NCBI GenBank assembly: GCA_030704615.1
Contig: CM060731.1
Span: forward strand, 63,736,001 to 63,800,000
DNA: 64,000 nt
Reading direction: 5' to 3'
DNA from: Takakia lepidozioides
Lineage: Eukaryota > Plantae > Bryophyta
Shown: positions 52,706-64,000 of the stretch, one piece after another
Layout: each line of letters opens with the position of its first letter
How positions within the stretch are numbered: the stretch's first letter is position 1
Notes under the pieces: generated by a model
The model's input: the letters and a program-made list of their open reading frames with translations, nothing else
What the model was told of the DNA's origin: nothing
Database searches by the model: none
Position numbers and translations under genes: made by a program

Positions 52706-54303
52706 CAAGTTAAATAAGCACAGTGTGAAAACAGCTAGAATAAAACTAGTTATTTGTATTTAACACTTGGATTTAGGTCAAGTGTTAAATCAGGTGTCAA
52801 GTTTAGTTTGACACCTGGTCTGTCTTATCTTCACGAGAGCGGCAGTCGCGCGGCTCATCTCTCTCGAGTTGAGCCTGCGCGACCGAGCTCCTGCATGTGT
52901 TTAGGTTTTAGTGTGCTTATGTAGGGATACAGGTTGTTGTGGGGTGGAGTCCCCATAGCTTGGGGTGCCCCTGGCTCGACTTCAGTTTCAATGAGTGATA
53001 GCGATGGATTTCATATTTCTTGTGTTGGAAGTGTATGTCCTTTTTAGCTTGTTTATCACTCGAGAGAGATCAGCTTGCATTGTCAGTGCTAGATGTGAGT
53101 TTTTAGTTAGCACTAGTATACTTGTTTTGTTTCAAAGCTTGTTTGAGAGCTGGTGAAGTGGAGAATTATGTAATCCATATATATATCTGTCGAGAACAGA
53201 ATGCTTTGCTTTGTACAAGGTTGTTGGAAGGGGCTGAACTGAGAAGCCCATATTGTTGAAAGAAGGTATTGCTTCCCGTAATATAGGTTAACCGGTGCAT
53301 TGCCGGACACTGAAGGTCGAGCAGGTTCAATCTTCACCATGGGGGCCGGTCCAAGTACTAGTGGCATCTGAAATCACCGAGTCGAGCACAAGTAGAAGCA
53401 TGTATTGGGGCTAGTGAGGCCACGAGAATGTAGAGCAGGCGGTGACAGTGTGCGGAACTGCTACCTGGGCATCGTGTTGGATTGCACGTCATCAGCCAAT
53501 GCGTGCAGATGTCGATTGTACTTATTGGTGATGTAATGCGTCAACTCTTGAGCAATATCATTTCACTGGGACGTCTCTATCACTGCGATTTTCTTGTGGA
53601 AACAGGGTAGAGCTTTGTATTATTCTGATTTTCACTGCATCGGGTGTATCATTCGGGGAAGCTGGAAGATTCCCGCCCTTCTTCATGCCTGCTAGGCTCA
53701 GGGTGGAAGGTTCAAACTACTGCGGGCTACTGATCTGGATAGGTATACAGAGGGGCAGCGATGTAGCTCAAAGGAAAGAGGAAGCGTCGCTGGCAGTTTC
53801 ATAAGAGATCGGTGACCTGCATTTTATTTCAGGGCAGACATGACTTATCCATTGGAGCTTGGTAACCTATGCAACTGCCAGAGCAGGAAGCGGTGCCGGC
53901 TTTGTCTTGATGAATCCGACTCGAGAATCGCTGGAAGATAAGCTTACAGGGAGGTAATGCTGAGGCTGTGGGCAAGGAGATGGCGAACGCTGTGAATAGT
54001 ATGTGACTGGATCAACTCGGTTGGTATCTTAGTAAATTGATTAGCAGCAAGGTGTAAAGATAAGGGATAGTCAGTGAGTGGATGGGCAGACTGTGCTGCT
54101 CCAGGGTAGCAAGCGGTGCTGCACTGCTTGATACTCTGCATAAAAAAGGGTCTTGAATGCAAAGGTACCCAACCAAGGAAGCCAGCCAGTTGGGTTAACA
54201 ATTACTCCCAAATGTACCGTGCGAGAATACAATTTCCAGGGTCGCTCCAGATACGTTGGGAACTGGTCTGAATTCTTTGTGAGTTGGGTTGTTTCCACCG
54301 AAG

Positions 54304-54550
54304 GCGGAGTTGATCGGATATTCGGCAGGTGAGACTAGTCTGTTCCTGGTTTACGAGTTGGTTGAGAAGGGAGCTCTCACCGATCGTCTTCATAACGCTG
54401 CTGCAAATGGGCATCGGCCATTACCGTGGTCAGGCAGAGTGCAGATAGCCTTGGATGTAGCGAGGGGGCTGGAGTACATCCACGATTACACCAAGGCCCA
54501 CTATGTCCACCGTGATGTCAATTCTGCTCGATGGCCTCTTCCGTGCTAAG
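54304..54550 (+). pseudogene. LysM receptor-like kinase (LYK-type) kinase-domain exon fragment
   Basis: [29 protein letters not shown]...[34 protein letters not shown], then a small deletion, then [10 protein letters not shown]|GT. Confidence 0.75.
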
Positions 54551-56415
54551 GTGTTCATCTGACACAATGTGAGAGGGAGGGGGCAGGGTGGGGGGCTAGC
54601 TAAGAAGACATGATCAGTACAAACGACCGAAGCAGTTGCTTGAAGGGGCTCCATTGATTGAACAAATCACGCAGTTAAGACAGGATCTTGGGCATTAGGC
54701 CATCGCTGTTTGGAGTGGTATTCGTGACGCTTGGCACCAGACTGCGAAGTTTTCTTTCCTACACCGACCAGTAGCAAATCCCCGACTCCCAGTTTTAAAG
54801 CTCCTGCATATGTAGAGATCCGTCCTCGGAATTACGGGTATTCGCATGAAACATGTAGGGTACGCCAAAAATACTTGTATTTATTGAAATACATTTGGAG
54901 CTTTGCTTTGATCCAATTTAAATTATACAGAGCCTGTTTTTGCCATAACTTGGTCATACAAAGGCTGTTTGACCTCAAATTTGCACAGGGACCTACAGAA
55001 AGGGGAAATCTACCTATCTAAACCTGGTTTCTGTTTTGGGACTCTGCTAAAAATCTATGGAATTTTTAGAGTGTGAGTGTGCCATGAAATATCCACAATC
55101 CTGTTTCTAGAACCTGTGCTGGTCTATATGAGAGACAAACCTTGGATGTACTCCTGTATGGCTGGGGGAAATGAGGACGTAATTGAAGGGCAGGTCTCTC
55201 TCTTAGCCTGTGCACACAAGGGGACAGGATTATGTTTCCCAAGGAACTCAGACTGATTTGAGTGGAGAACAGTTGGACGAGTTGATTGCATACTGGGAGT
55301 CAGGCATTAGCAGTAGACAACAGACTGCTGTAGTTGGCATTGAGGGCCTCAATATCGCCTTGGACAGTCAGAACTCTGTTGGAGCCAGTTCTGCAGCTGT
55401 AGGTGAAATACCAAAGTGGGTGAAAGCTAGGCTTGGAACACAGCCAAAGACAGCCCGGGACCAAGGTGTTCAGCCACAAGGCCGTGGTGTACTGGAGCAG
55501 AGGAGCAGGAGCTGCACAAGTTTGTGCAATTAGACAGTGTTGCAGCGGACACGCTCTGCACAAGGCAACCACGAGCGGGGGTTCATTAGCAGGACAAGTT
55601 TGTTCTGTTTGAAGGCGATGCAGTCATTCGCAATGAGACACCCGCAACCGTCTCAAAGCTTTCGAGTTGAGAGACTATCAGACCCTACCTTTGTTTTCTT
55701 TAGTGTTCAGTGAGCGGAGATAGCAGAGTGTTGCTTTGTCTCTACCTGGCAGAAAGAGGAGGAGGGTTGGTTAGAGCGAGCTACTGTAGCTTGGGACAAG
55801 GTTAGTGGCAGGTTTCTGGACATAGATATACCTCCTACACCTTACCATCAAGCAGAGCGAGGCACTTTGAGAGAAGTCTGGAAGTTGATAGCATAGATCA
55901 GGATTAGATCTTGCTTGGGCGGGCTTCTATTCTTCCCCTCCATCTCTGTACTATTTTCATTACCTTGTACTTGTAGTTGCCAAAGCCTCTCTTGGTGGAG
56001 GCCAGTCAGTCCGGGGTTTTGGGCTGGGATATTCTGCAGGATCAGCATTGCAGCTGGATTTTGGTGTGGGGGTGTTGATGTTTTGATTTCTTGTGTTTGG
56101 ATCCCCCCCAACACCTGCATGCTTGACTGTGCGCCATGTTGGTTTTGTGTGGGCGCTTGCTTTCATAGGGATTAGGCCGGATTTGATCACCGGTCAATCC
56201 TAGAGTATGCTGTCGGTGGTGAGGCTGGAGTGATGACCAGCAAGACCACCAGTGTTTCTTCTATGGTGAGGCTGGGTTGATGACCAGCCAACCATAGGAG
56301 TTCTTGCGGTGGATGCAGGTGCAGGTGCCCTGAGCCATTGGGATATGACCCTTAGACTGCAACAGGTGCCCACCCGTGTCACTATTAGATTAGTACTAGA
56401 GCCTTATAGTGTCAC

Positions 56416-58330
56416 GTGGAGGAGGTGCACATTGTGAGTGTCATTACGGAGTTACCCAAGGGTTTTGAGGGGAGTACGGCTACAGGCAGTAACAGTGAGA
56501 GTGGGTTCACAAGACGAGGTATTCGGTTCAGACCACCTTCACCGCCACCCTCAATTACTGTAGAGTCAGACACAGACTCGGAGGCTTCATCAACAGGTGT
56601 GCACTTTCATTCGCCATTGTTGTGGGACGACATGGAGGAGATGTATGGAGCTACCAAGGGGCCTCGTAGGTACTCTGGAGCTGTGGGCACAATCGAGTTG
56701 GATGACTTTATCCAGGAGTTCGACAGCTGGTGTGATTTGCAGCAGATGCGCAATCCACATCTATTCACCCCATTCATGGCGTGGAAGGGACTGTTCCAGC
56801 ATTTGGAAGGCCCGCCTATGGACGATTACCACGAGTTCAGGCGAGGACATGAAGCAGAGATTGAGGAGTGGAGGATGTATTGGTCACCTGACTACATCTC
56901 CATTACTCGAGGCACGACGCGACCAGTAGCTGCATCAGTACCAATAGCTCCCACTGCCAGCACTAGTAGTGGAGCAGTAGTGCTGGTACTTCTGCAGGTG
57001 GTACCAGTTCAAAGGTACTACTACTACTCCTCCTGCCACACTACAACACATGTGCCTAGATTCAACCCGGTGGTGGAGTTCTTCCAGGAGTTGCGGAGGA
57101 ACTACCAAGGTGTACGGACAGAGAAGCTGCGAAGTTTGCAAGACTTCCAGCGCAACCCAGTGAGAGCCTGCGAGAGGCGTACACTCGTATGAGGCGCTTG
57201 ATAAGTGTGACCCAAGGGGTTACTGAAGCTCAGGCAATCCAGTTTTGGTATGGAATTCTGGACAAGGAGCTCAAGAGAAGGGTGCGAGATGCAACCCTGT
57301 TACAAGCAGCCCAACCCACATTAGCAGATGTGTTTCTGCTGGCTGAGCGGATTGAGCTCAACATGGTGGAGGAGCGAGTTGTTACAATTGGATTTGGCAA
57401 GGACATGCCTGTACGGGGCACAGCTGTCAGCCCACAAGCACAAGGGACTGCCCAACAGCGTGGTCAGGGGGCAAGGTTGCCCAGCCCAAGTTCCATGGAG
57501 CTTACAGGGGACCTCAGGTGCAGAGGCCCGTGGCATCTTTTGCAGGCCAACAGCAACCAGGGGTGATATGTTGGACATGTGGAGGACCCCATGTCAAGAG
57601 AGATTGCCCAGAGAGTGGCAGAAGGCCGGCACAAGCACAGCCTGCACAGTTGCAGTGTGGGCATTGTGGCAAGTATGGGCATGGAGATGCCCAGTGTTAT
57701 GACTTGCATCCTGAGTTGCGCCCAGGCCAGTTCCAAGGGAACAATGGTGGCCGGGGGCGAGGTGGACCAGCCCAAAGAGGACGAGGTGGTCGGGCACGAG
57801 GTGCAGGCCAAGGGCAAGCTCCACATGGCCAAGGACGCGGAGGTCAGGGTGTTGACCAAGGCATGGCCAATCGGCTTCAGCAGCTAGAGCAGAGGCTCGC
57901 TGCCATGGCTATAGCTCAGGCGGGGCTCCCAGGCGGGATGGTCCACCTCCTGCTCCTGAGGGAGGATATGGGAGGCATGGGATTCATGTGCGGAGCAGCA
58001 CTACCACTAGAGCAGGTGGAGTCTGCTGCAGCCGTGACTCGAGGAGCAGCACGAGTTCCTGAGCCACGAGGTGCAGAGGTGGAGTTGGATCCACAACGTG
58101 GGGAGGCAAGCCGTCAGGAGGCTGCCTCAGTCATTCACCTTGGCGGAGACAGTGTCAACGCCATCCATGGCACCTAGTTCTCGCCCGACTGTTACCGAGG
58201 CGGAGGTTACTATGCCATTGGGGAGAGCTACACGTGCAGCACTGACGGCTAGTGCAGCCGGTGTGTTATTGGGGGCAGCCACCTCTGTGTGTCAAGCCCC
58301 ACTGTTCTCGGCAACCATGATTGCGACGCC
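56416..58330 (+). pseudogene. gag: Gag with two zinc knuckles and an RG-rich region
   Basis: RYSG..ELDDFIQEFDSWCD; FQRNPSESLREAYTRMRRL (across a frameshift); CWTCGGPHVKRDC and CGHCGKYGHGDAQC. Confidence 0.8.
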
Positions 58331-58532
58331 GGGGTGAGACCAGCTGCAGTGTTCAGACTAGCAGCAACACTCTGTGAGAGTGGGAGGTCACTTCATCTTC
58401 TGCGGAGTTAGTGGAAGGTGTAGTGGCAGAGGGATCCTCGGATTTGAGGGTCAAGACTGCCACGGCAGCGCCCTGGCAAGCTGCAGCTGCCAGATTGACG
58501 GAGCTGCCAGCTAGGCCAGCCTTGAGCGCGCC

Positions 58533-59000
58533 ATGGTGACACCTGGAGTTGTCTTGTTAGACAACCAGGGAGGCATTTTCACTTTGAGTGGACCGGCAGG
58601 CAAGAAGTACCGGCCACTGCGGGTCTTGTTGGACTCAGGAGCTCAGCCACTGATGTTGGGCAGAGCTGCTATTGCAGGTTTGGGCCTCATGGAGGCGGAT
58701 ATGGAGCCTTGTCCTTTCCAGATACAGACATCTCTGGGAGGATCAGAGCAGGCTCGCGGCATGACACGGCATCAGTTGGCTATTAGACTGCAGCCGGATC
58801 ATCCTGTAGATGGCTCAGTGATGCGAGCCAAGGCCATTGTGACAGACGCGGTCTCTTACGATGTCCTCGTTGGTGGGGCAGTGTTATACCCCATGGGCTT
58901 CACCCTGGATTTCTGGGAGGAGTCAGCATCCTACAGGCCTGGATGGCAGTCAGGGGATGGTCGCCGTGCACAGCTCCCTGTGACATTCATTGGGGGTATT
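58533..59000 (+). CDS. Retrotransposon aspartic protease domain
   Basis: VLLDSGA catalytic motif and YDVLVGG. Confidence 0.88.
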
Positions 59001-59345
59001 GCAGCTGCCCAGCGGGGCAAGATGCCAACACTAGCCGCCTTCACAGCTGCAGTTAGTTGGCCTGGAGAGTTGCTGGAAGGCAATGCCCATGCAGAGGATG
59101 TGCCACCTCCAGCAGAGCAGGATGACATGCATGGTACGGCGGAGTTGCCTGCCATGGTTGCTCACACTCCGTTGTGGGGTACGAGCAAGGATTTGCAGCA
59201 AGCTGCTGATGGACGGGTGCAACAAGCTTGGGTAGAAGCTTTTGTACCGTCAGGAGAGGAGGAGAGTGCGGTGATTGCACCAGGGCCACCTCAGTTGTCG
59301 CCATTGGACACCACACCTCTTGTGTGGCAGCGGCCGGATGAAGGC

Positions 59346-60283
59346 ATTTGCCTTCTGGACTTGTTTGGCGGGATCAGCACCGGATTGGCTGCTGTGCTAG
59401 GCAGGTGTGCGGGTAAGGCGTTACCTGTATGTGGAGAGGGATGAGACTGCACGACGCGTCTCACTGCGCCATGTTGCTCAGTGGTGCAGCAGCACCCTGA
59501 GTTGTTGCCGGTGTCTGCAGTTCGTGGATATCAACAGGCCTTGCCAGCAGACATTTCGTTGCTGGGGGCGCAGGATTTGGAGCGGTTGGCTCCATTGATC
59601 TGGTAGTGGCAGGTTGGCCCTGCCAAGGGCATTCATCAGCCGGGCATGGCAATGGATTGCGAGACTCGAGGACGGGTCTGTTTTGGGAGATGGTGCGGAT
59701 TTTGCGCCACTTGCAGCTTCATCAGGCTGTATCTCCGGCATACATCTTGGAGAATGTGCCACTGATGGGTGATTCTCGGGCCAGGGTGATGGCCAGTGTG
59801 CATCAAGTCCGGTCGTGGCTTGGGTCAGCAGTATTGCTGGATGCAGCTGCAGTGGGGTCACGGGCTCATCGTCCACGACTATGGTGGACTAACTTGATGC
59901 CACCCGCACTGCTCAAGCGTGCATTTGATGGGGTGCAGCGGCCAGCACACCTCACCGTGGATGGCATTTTGGACACAGGAAGGCAGTCTCAACGTGTGAG
60001 ACACGATGACCGTTCGCCTTTGGCAGTGGTCAACAGGTGGGTCAACCACGAGCAGCATTACCTACACTGCTCAGCTTCCCAGGATCCCATGCTTTTCGGG
60101 ATGGTGGACCTGGCCTCCTGTGGGATGCTCAGTTGCAGCAGTTAGTGGAGCCTAATGCCGACGAGCGAGAGCGGGCTATGGGGTTTTCCACTGGGACCAC
60201 GGCGGTGCCTTCTCTTTCTGAGGCATCACGTCGTCAGGTGTTGGGGCAAGCAATGGATCTCAATTGCTTGACCTGGATTGTCA
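59346..60283 (+). CDS. C5-cytosine DNA methyltransferase domain within the pol polyprotein (4 small frameshifts)
   Basis: Motif I LLDLFGGISTG; II YLYVERD; III DISLL; IV IDLVVAGWPCQGHS; LFWEMVRIL; VI YILENV; VIII RAHRPRLWWTN; IX ERERAMGF; X RRQVLGQAM, in canonical order. Confidence 0.9.
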
Positions 60284-60742
60284 GCTTGGCTATGGCTGAG
60301 CAACGTAGAGTGCGGAGTGCACTTCCCTTGATGGTCTCTCTGCCTACCGAGACGGTACAGGCAGCGAGTGGGGGCGAGCCGGTGAGGACCACGAGGTGTA
60401 GACATCCATGGCACATGTGGGGTGCTCGAGGTTCAGAGGGAGTTGGCAGCGAAGGCAGCTGTGATGGATGAGGTTGGGGATTCTTCTCGGGATGAGGAGG
60501 TTCTCAATGATGATGATGGGGCAGGATGAGGCCTTGTCATTGACTGAGCAGGAAGGGGGTACTGCTCAAGGGTTGCAGCATAGCAACCACGGGACGCGTC
60601 CTCTACCTCTAAGCCCACTGGACTTAAGGTTGCAGTTACGGAGGACAATTGGGAGCCTGACATTGGACCCATTGTCACCGGAGGAGAGAGACGACGTATA
60701 CGGCGGTTCCTGAGGGCTTACAGGAATTGCTTTGCCTTCAGT

Positions 60743-62270
60743 TTGAAGGACTTGGGAGCACTGAAGGGTCAAGAGATCCGTATTGAGTTGGCCACTGACA
60801 CGCCAATCTTTCGGAGACCCTATAGATACAGTGACATGGAGAGGTCTTTGATTCAGATGAGGACTCAAGATCTCTGGGAGGCAGGTTTGGTGGAGCTCTC
60901 TGGTGGAGAGTATGCTTCAGCCACAGTGATGCCAGCTAAGAAGGATGTCTATGGCAATTGGACGGAGAGACGTATGTGCGGTGATTACCGGCCTGTAAAT
61001 CGTCAGACCAAGTCCGATAGGTATGCCATGCCAACACCAGAGGAGATCTTTGATGCCATTGGGCATTCCAAGGTCTTTAGCACGTTGGATTTACGATCCG
61101 GATATCACCAGTTGCCGATCAAGGAGGCGGATAAGCAAAAGACGGCATTCTGGGGGATCAATGAGCACGGGAAGGATTGCCTATACCAGTGGCGGTTCTT
61201 ACCATTTGGGCTTAAAAACGCTCCCGCTGAGTTTCAAAGAGTCATGGACAGGATTCTAGCAGGGGTGGAGTTTGCTCGGTGCTACATAGATGACATCATC
61301 ATCTTTAGTGCTACGGTGGAGGAGCATGAGAGACACCTTCAGGGGGTATTTGAGCGCTTGAGGACGCACGGATTGAAGTTACATCCGGGCAAGTGCAAGT
61401 TTTTCCACAACCAGATTGAGTATCTGGGTCACATGATATATCCTGGAGGATTGGGGGTACAGCAGACTAAGGTAGAGTCCATTGCACAGGTTCCACGCCC
61501 CACGGATGTGAGCCGAGTTCGAGCTTTCATGGGGTTAGCAAACTATTACAGACGGTTTGTTAAGGGATTTAGTGCCATTGCAAAGGCTCTAACCAAGCTG
61601 ACCAAGGTGGACCAGGAGTGGCAGTGGGAAGATGAGCAAGAACAAGCTTTTCAAGAGCTCAAGGCGAGGTTGACCTCGGCGCCCATCTTGAGACGACCTA
61701 TCAGGGGGCGTCCTTTTCAGCTGCATACAGATTGGAGCATGCTGGGGCTTGGAGCGGTGCTCACACAGGTGGATGATGAGGGAAGAGAGTTCGTAGTGGC
61801 TTATGCTAGCCGCTCGAACAATGCTGCAGAGTCTAAGTATAGCTCATATGAGGGAGAATGCTTAGCTGCAGTGTGGGCCGTGGCACACTTCAGGTGCTAT
61901 CTATACGGCAATCTCTTCACCCTTGTCACGGATCACCAACCACTCAAGTGGTTGATGGAGTCAGACAAGCTTACGGGGAAGCTTGCACGGTGGGCACTCA
62001 TCCTTCAAGAGTATGACTTTCAGGTGGTGCATCGACCGGGTTTGGTCAATCGAAATGCAGATGGGTTGAGTCGCAATCCATGCACGAGCCAGCAGGATGA
62101 CACTGGAGCTCGGTGGCATGGTGAGACGGACGAGGAGATGGTGCCCGGATGGCATGCATCTGCATTTCTGTGTATCTTGGCAGCGGAAGGCCAGGTTGGA
62201 CCTACAACAGGGATGACTGTAGATCAAGTGTCTGAGGACCCTGAGGCCAGCAATGAGCAGGTGGCGCCAA
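60743..62270 (+). CDS. pol: Reverse transcriptase and RNase H
   Basis: RMCGDYR, LDLRSGYHQ, LPFGLKNAP, YIDDIII, FMGLANYYRRFV, LHTDWS, VTDHQPL. Confidence 0.97.
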
Positions 62271-62292
62271 AGATATACATGAGGATTCAGTT

Positions 62293-63500
62293 GTGTTGGA
62301 CTACCTCCGCAGTGGAGACACGGCAGCCACTATGACTGCCAAGGAGAGGGATCGGATCCTACAACGAGCCAAGAGGTTCAGGTGGGAGGGGACACACCTG
62401 CTCCGAGTGTGGGAGGATGGTCGAGTGAGGATTGTGCCTCACCCAACACAGCGGGCACGGTTAGTGCGGCATGCCCATGAGGAGTTGGGGCATTTTGGGG
62501 TGCGACGCACTCATAGTCTACTGCAGGGGCAGTATTGGTGGCGTGGTATGCACACAGAGGTGCAACAATTTGTGGCTAGGTGCATGGTGTGTGACAGGGT
62601 GCGTGCTTCATTCAACGCCCCTACTCCACAATTGCACCCTCTTCCGATCATGGGATGGGCTACAGGTGGAGTCTTGACTTCGCAGGGCCGTTGCCACTGA
62701 CCATGCGCCACAACAAGTACGTGTTGGTGATGGTGGAGCACTTCTCCAAGTGGATTGAATTGGTTCCATTGCCTGATAAGGCTAGTGAGGGAGCTGCGTA
62801 TGCATTCCTGGATTGTGTGCTTAGCCGATTCGGTGCTCCAGCTGAGGTACTCACGGACCAAGGGAGAGAGTTCTTGGGGAGTTTCAGGCTTTGTGTGACA
62901 AGGCCTTGATAGACCACCGCACCACTTCTCGGGATCATCCTGAGCCGATGGCTTGGCAGAGAGAGTTGTTCAGACAGTAAAGAGGGGTTTGCGCAAGTAT
63001 GCTTGCAGAAGGGACACCTAGGAGATTGGGACCTTCAGTTACCCTGGTTAGCCATGGGCTACAGGTTCAGCAAGCAAGCATCACTTGCCTCCTTCTCACC
63101 ATACTTTCTTCTCTTTGGCCGAGAGCCGGATTTGCCTACATCCATTCGCAGAGAAGCTGCTACAGTTCTTAACCTTGACGATCCGGACGTGTGGGCACGT
63201 GCATGTGAGCAGCGTGCAGAGTTGTTCAAGAGAGTCATGCCCATGGCTTTCGAGAACCTTGCCATTGCACAACACCGTGATACGTTGAGGTATGCTACCA
63301 TACGTGGTGGGGGCTATCGTCCTGGGGTTCGGAGATTCAACCCTGGTGACTATGTCTATCTGCAGCAGACTGCTCCTACGACCCTGGATGTGACTGCAGG
63401 ACGTGTTATTTTGAGGGTTCGAGGTCTTGCCCTCAGGCGTCTTGGTCTTGGAGGGTCGGGATGGCATAACTTGGAAGGACCATGTGCGTAATTGTGCGCC
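62293..63500 (+). CDS. Integrase (HHCC zinc finger, DDE core), frameshifted
   Basis: HEELGHFG...CMVC; WSLDFAGP; LTDQGREF; DGLAERVVQTVK; SPYFLLFGRE. Confidence 0.92.
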
Positions 63501-63564
63501 ATGTCACCTTCCGAATGTCGATGGCAGGATTGACCCAAACCTGGCAGTGGTATCTGCAGGTTTG

Positions 63565-63711
63565 AGGTGCATGTTGTGTGGGTCTGCTAAAGGGGCAGCC
63601 ACCATGCTGGTGTGTGATCGATGCTCTAGAGGTTGGCATATGGGATGCTTGACTCCACCTCTTGAGATGGTTCCGGATGGGGATTGGTTATGTCCACATT
63701 GCATTGGATAG
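63565..63711 (+). CDS. C-terminal PHD finger of the polyprotein
   Basis: C4HC3: CMLC...CDRC...WHMGC..PPL..VPDGDWLCPHC, followed by a stop codon. Confidence 0.92.
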   Translation, partial: RCMLCGSAKGAATMLVCDRCSRGWHMGCLTPPLEMVPDGDWLCPHCIG

Positions 63712-64000
63712 TGGGAGTGGATACAACCATGGAGGCTAACAAGAAACGCAAGGCCCAGCTACTAGGAGACCTTGAACACACGAGATCTTGGCTCAAGTTC
63801 ACAGATTGCAAGACGGCGACTAACGATGGGGCTACTCTTGTACCCGGCCTCTTGGTTATAGAGTTTGAGTACGATAGGGACAGTGATAGAGGACTTAGTA
63901 CGGCTGTGGCTATTACATCTTGTAGCTATCTGGAGGTAGAGGGACCTATCCACCAGCTAGGGGGCGATTGTGCTAGACTACTTTATTGTGCATATATGTG

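Larger units (their letters stand above)
56416..64000 (+). mobile_element. Ty3/Gypsy LTR retrotransposon: gag-PR-DNMT-RT-RH-INT-PHD; LTRs not delimited (5' non-coding region may extend to ~52.8 kb)
   Basis: Domain order PR-RT-RH-INT defines Gypsy; see sub-features. Multiple small frameshifts. Confidence 0.93.

Noticed and set aside
54716-54750. Primer-binding site for the Gypsy element (tggtattc / tggcaccag)
   Set aside because: Not preceded by a clear LTR-terminal CA and not matched to a tRNA 3' end by eye.
59346-60283. Host DRM/DNMT3 gene or bacterial contamination as the source of the methyltransferase
   Set aside because: The domain is intronless, starts in frame with the protease ORF and is embedded between PR and RT in plant nuclear context.

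Overview
Plant nuclear DNA, probably from a moss or other non-seed land plant (inferred from the gene and transposon types). Host genes: an intact intronless SKIP/SNW1 gene (12668-14485 +), a multi-intron ERECTA-family LRR receptor kinase (~24118-33357 -), a PLS-class PPR-DYW editing-factor gene with a disrupted 5' end (39707-~42450 -) and a frameshifted mitochondrial-type ribosomal protein S15 gene (~17911-19310 +). The rest is nested transposable elements, several carrying chromatin or protein-modification enzymes. The main find is a Ty3/Gypsy LTR retrotransposon (~56.4-64 kb) whose polyprotein has a complete C5-cytosine DNA methyltransferase domain between protease and RT, plus a PHD finger after the integrase. 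Also present: a SET-domain gene inside the apparent right arm of a CACTA element, two Ulp1 (C48 SUMO-protease)-like TE genes, a Replitron-type HUH transposase remnant, a hAT-like long-TIR element upstream of SKIP, a LysM-RLK kinase exon fragment and several tandem or segmental repeats. Boundaries were read by eye; no database searches were run.
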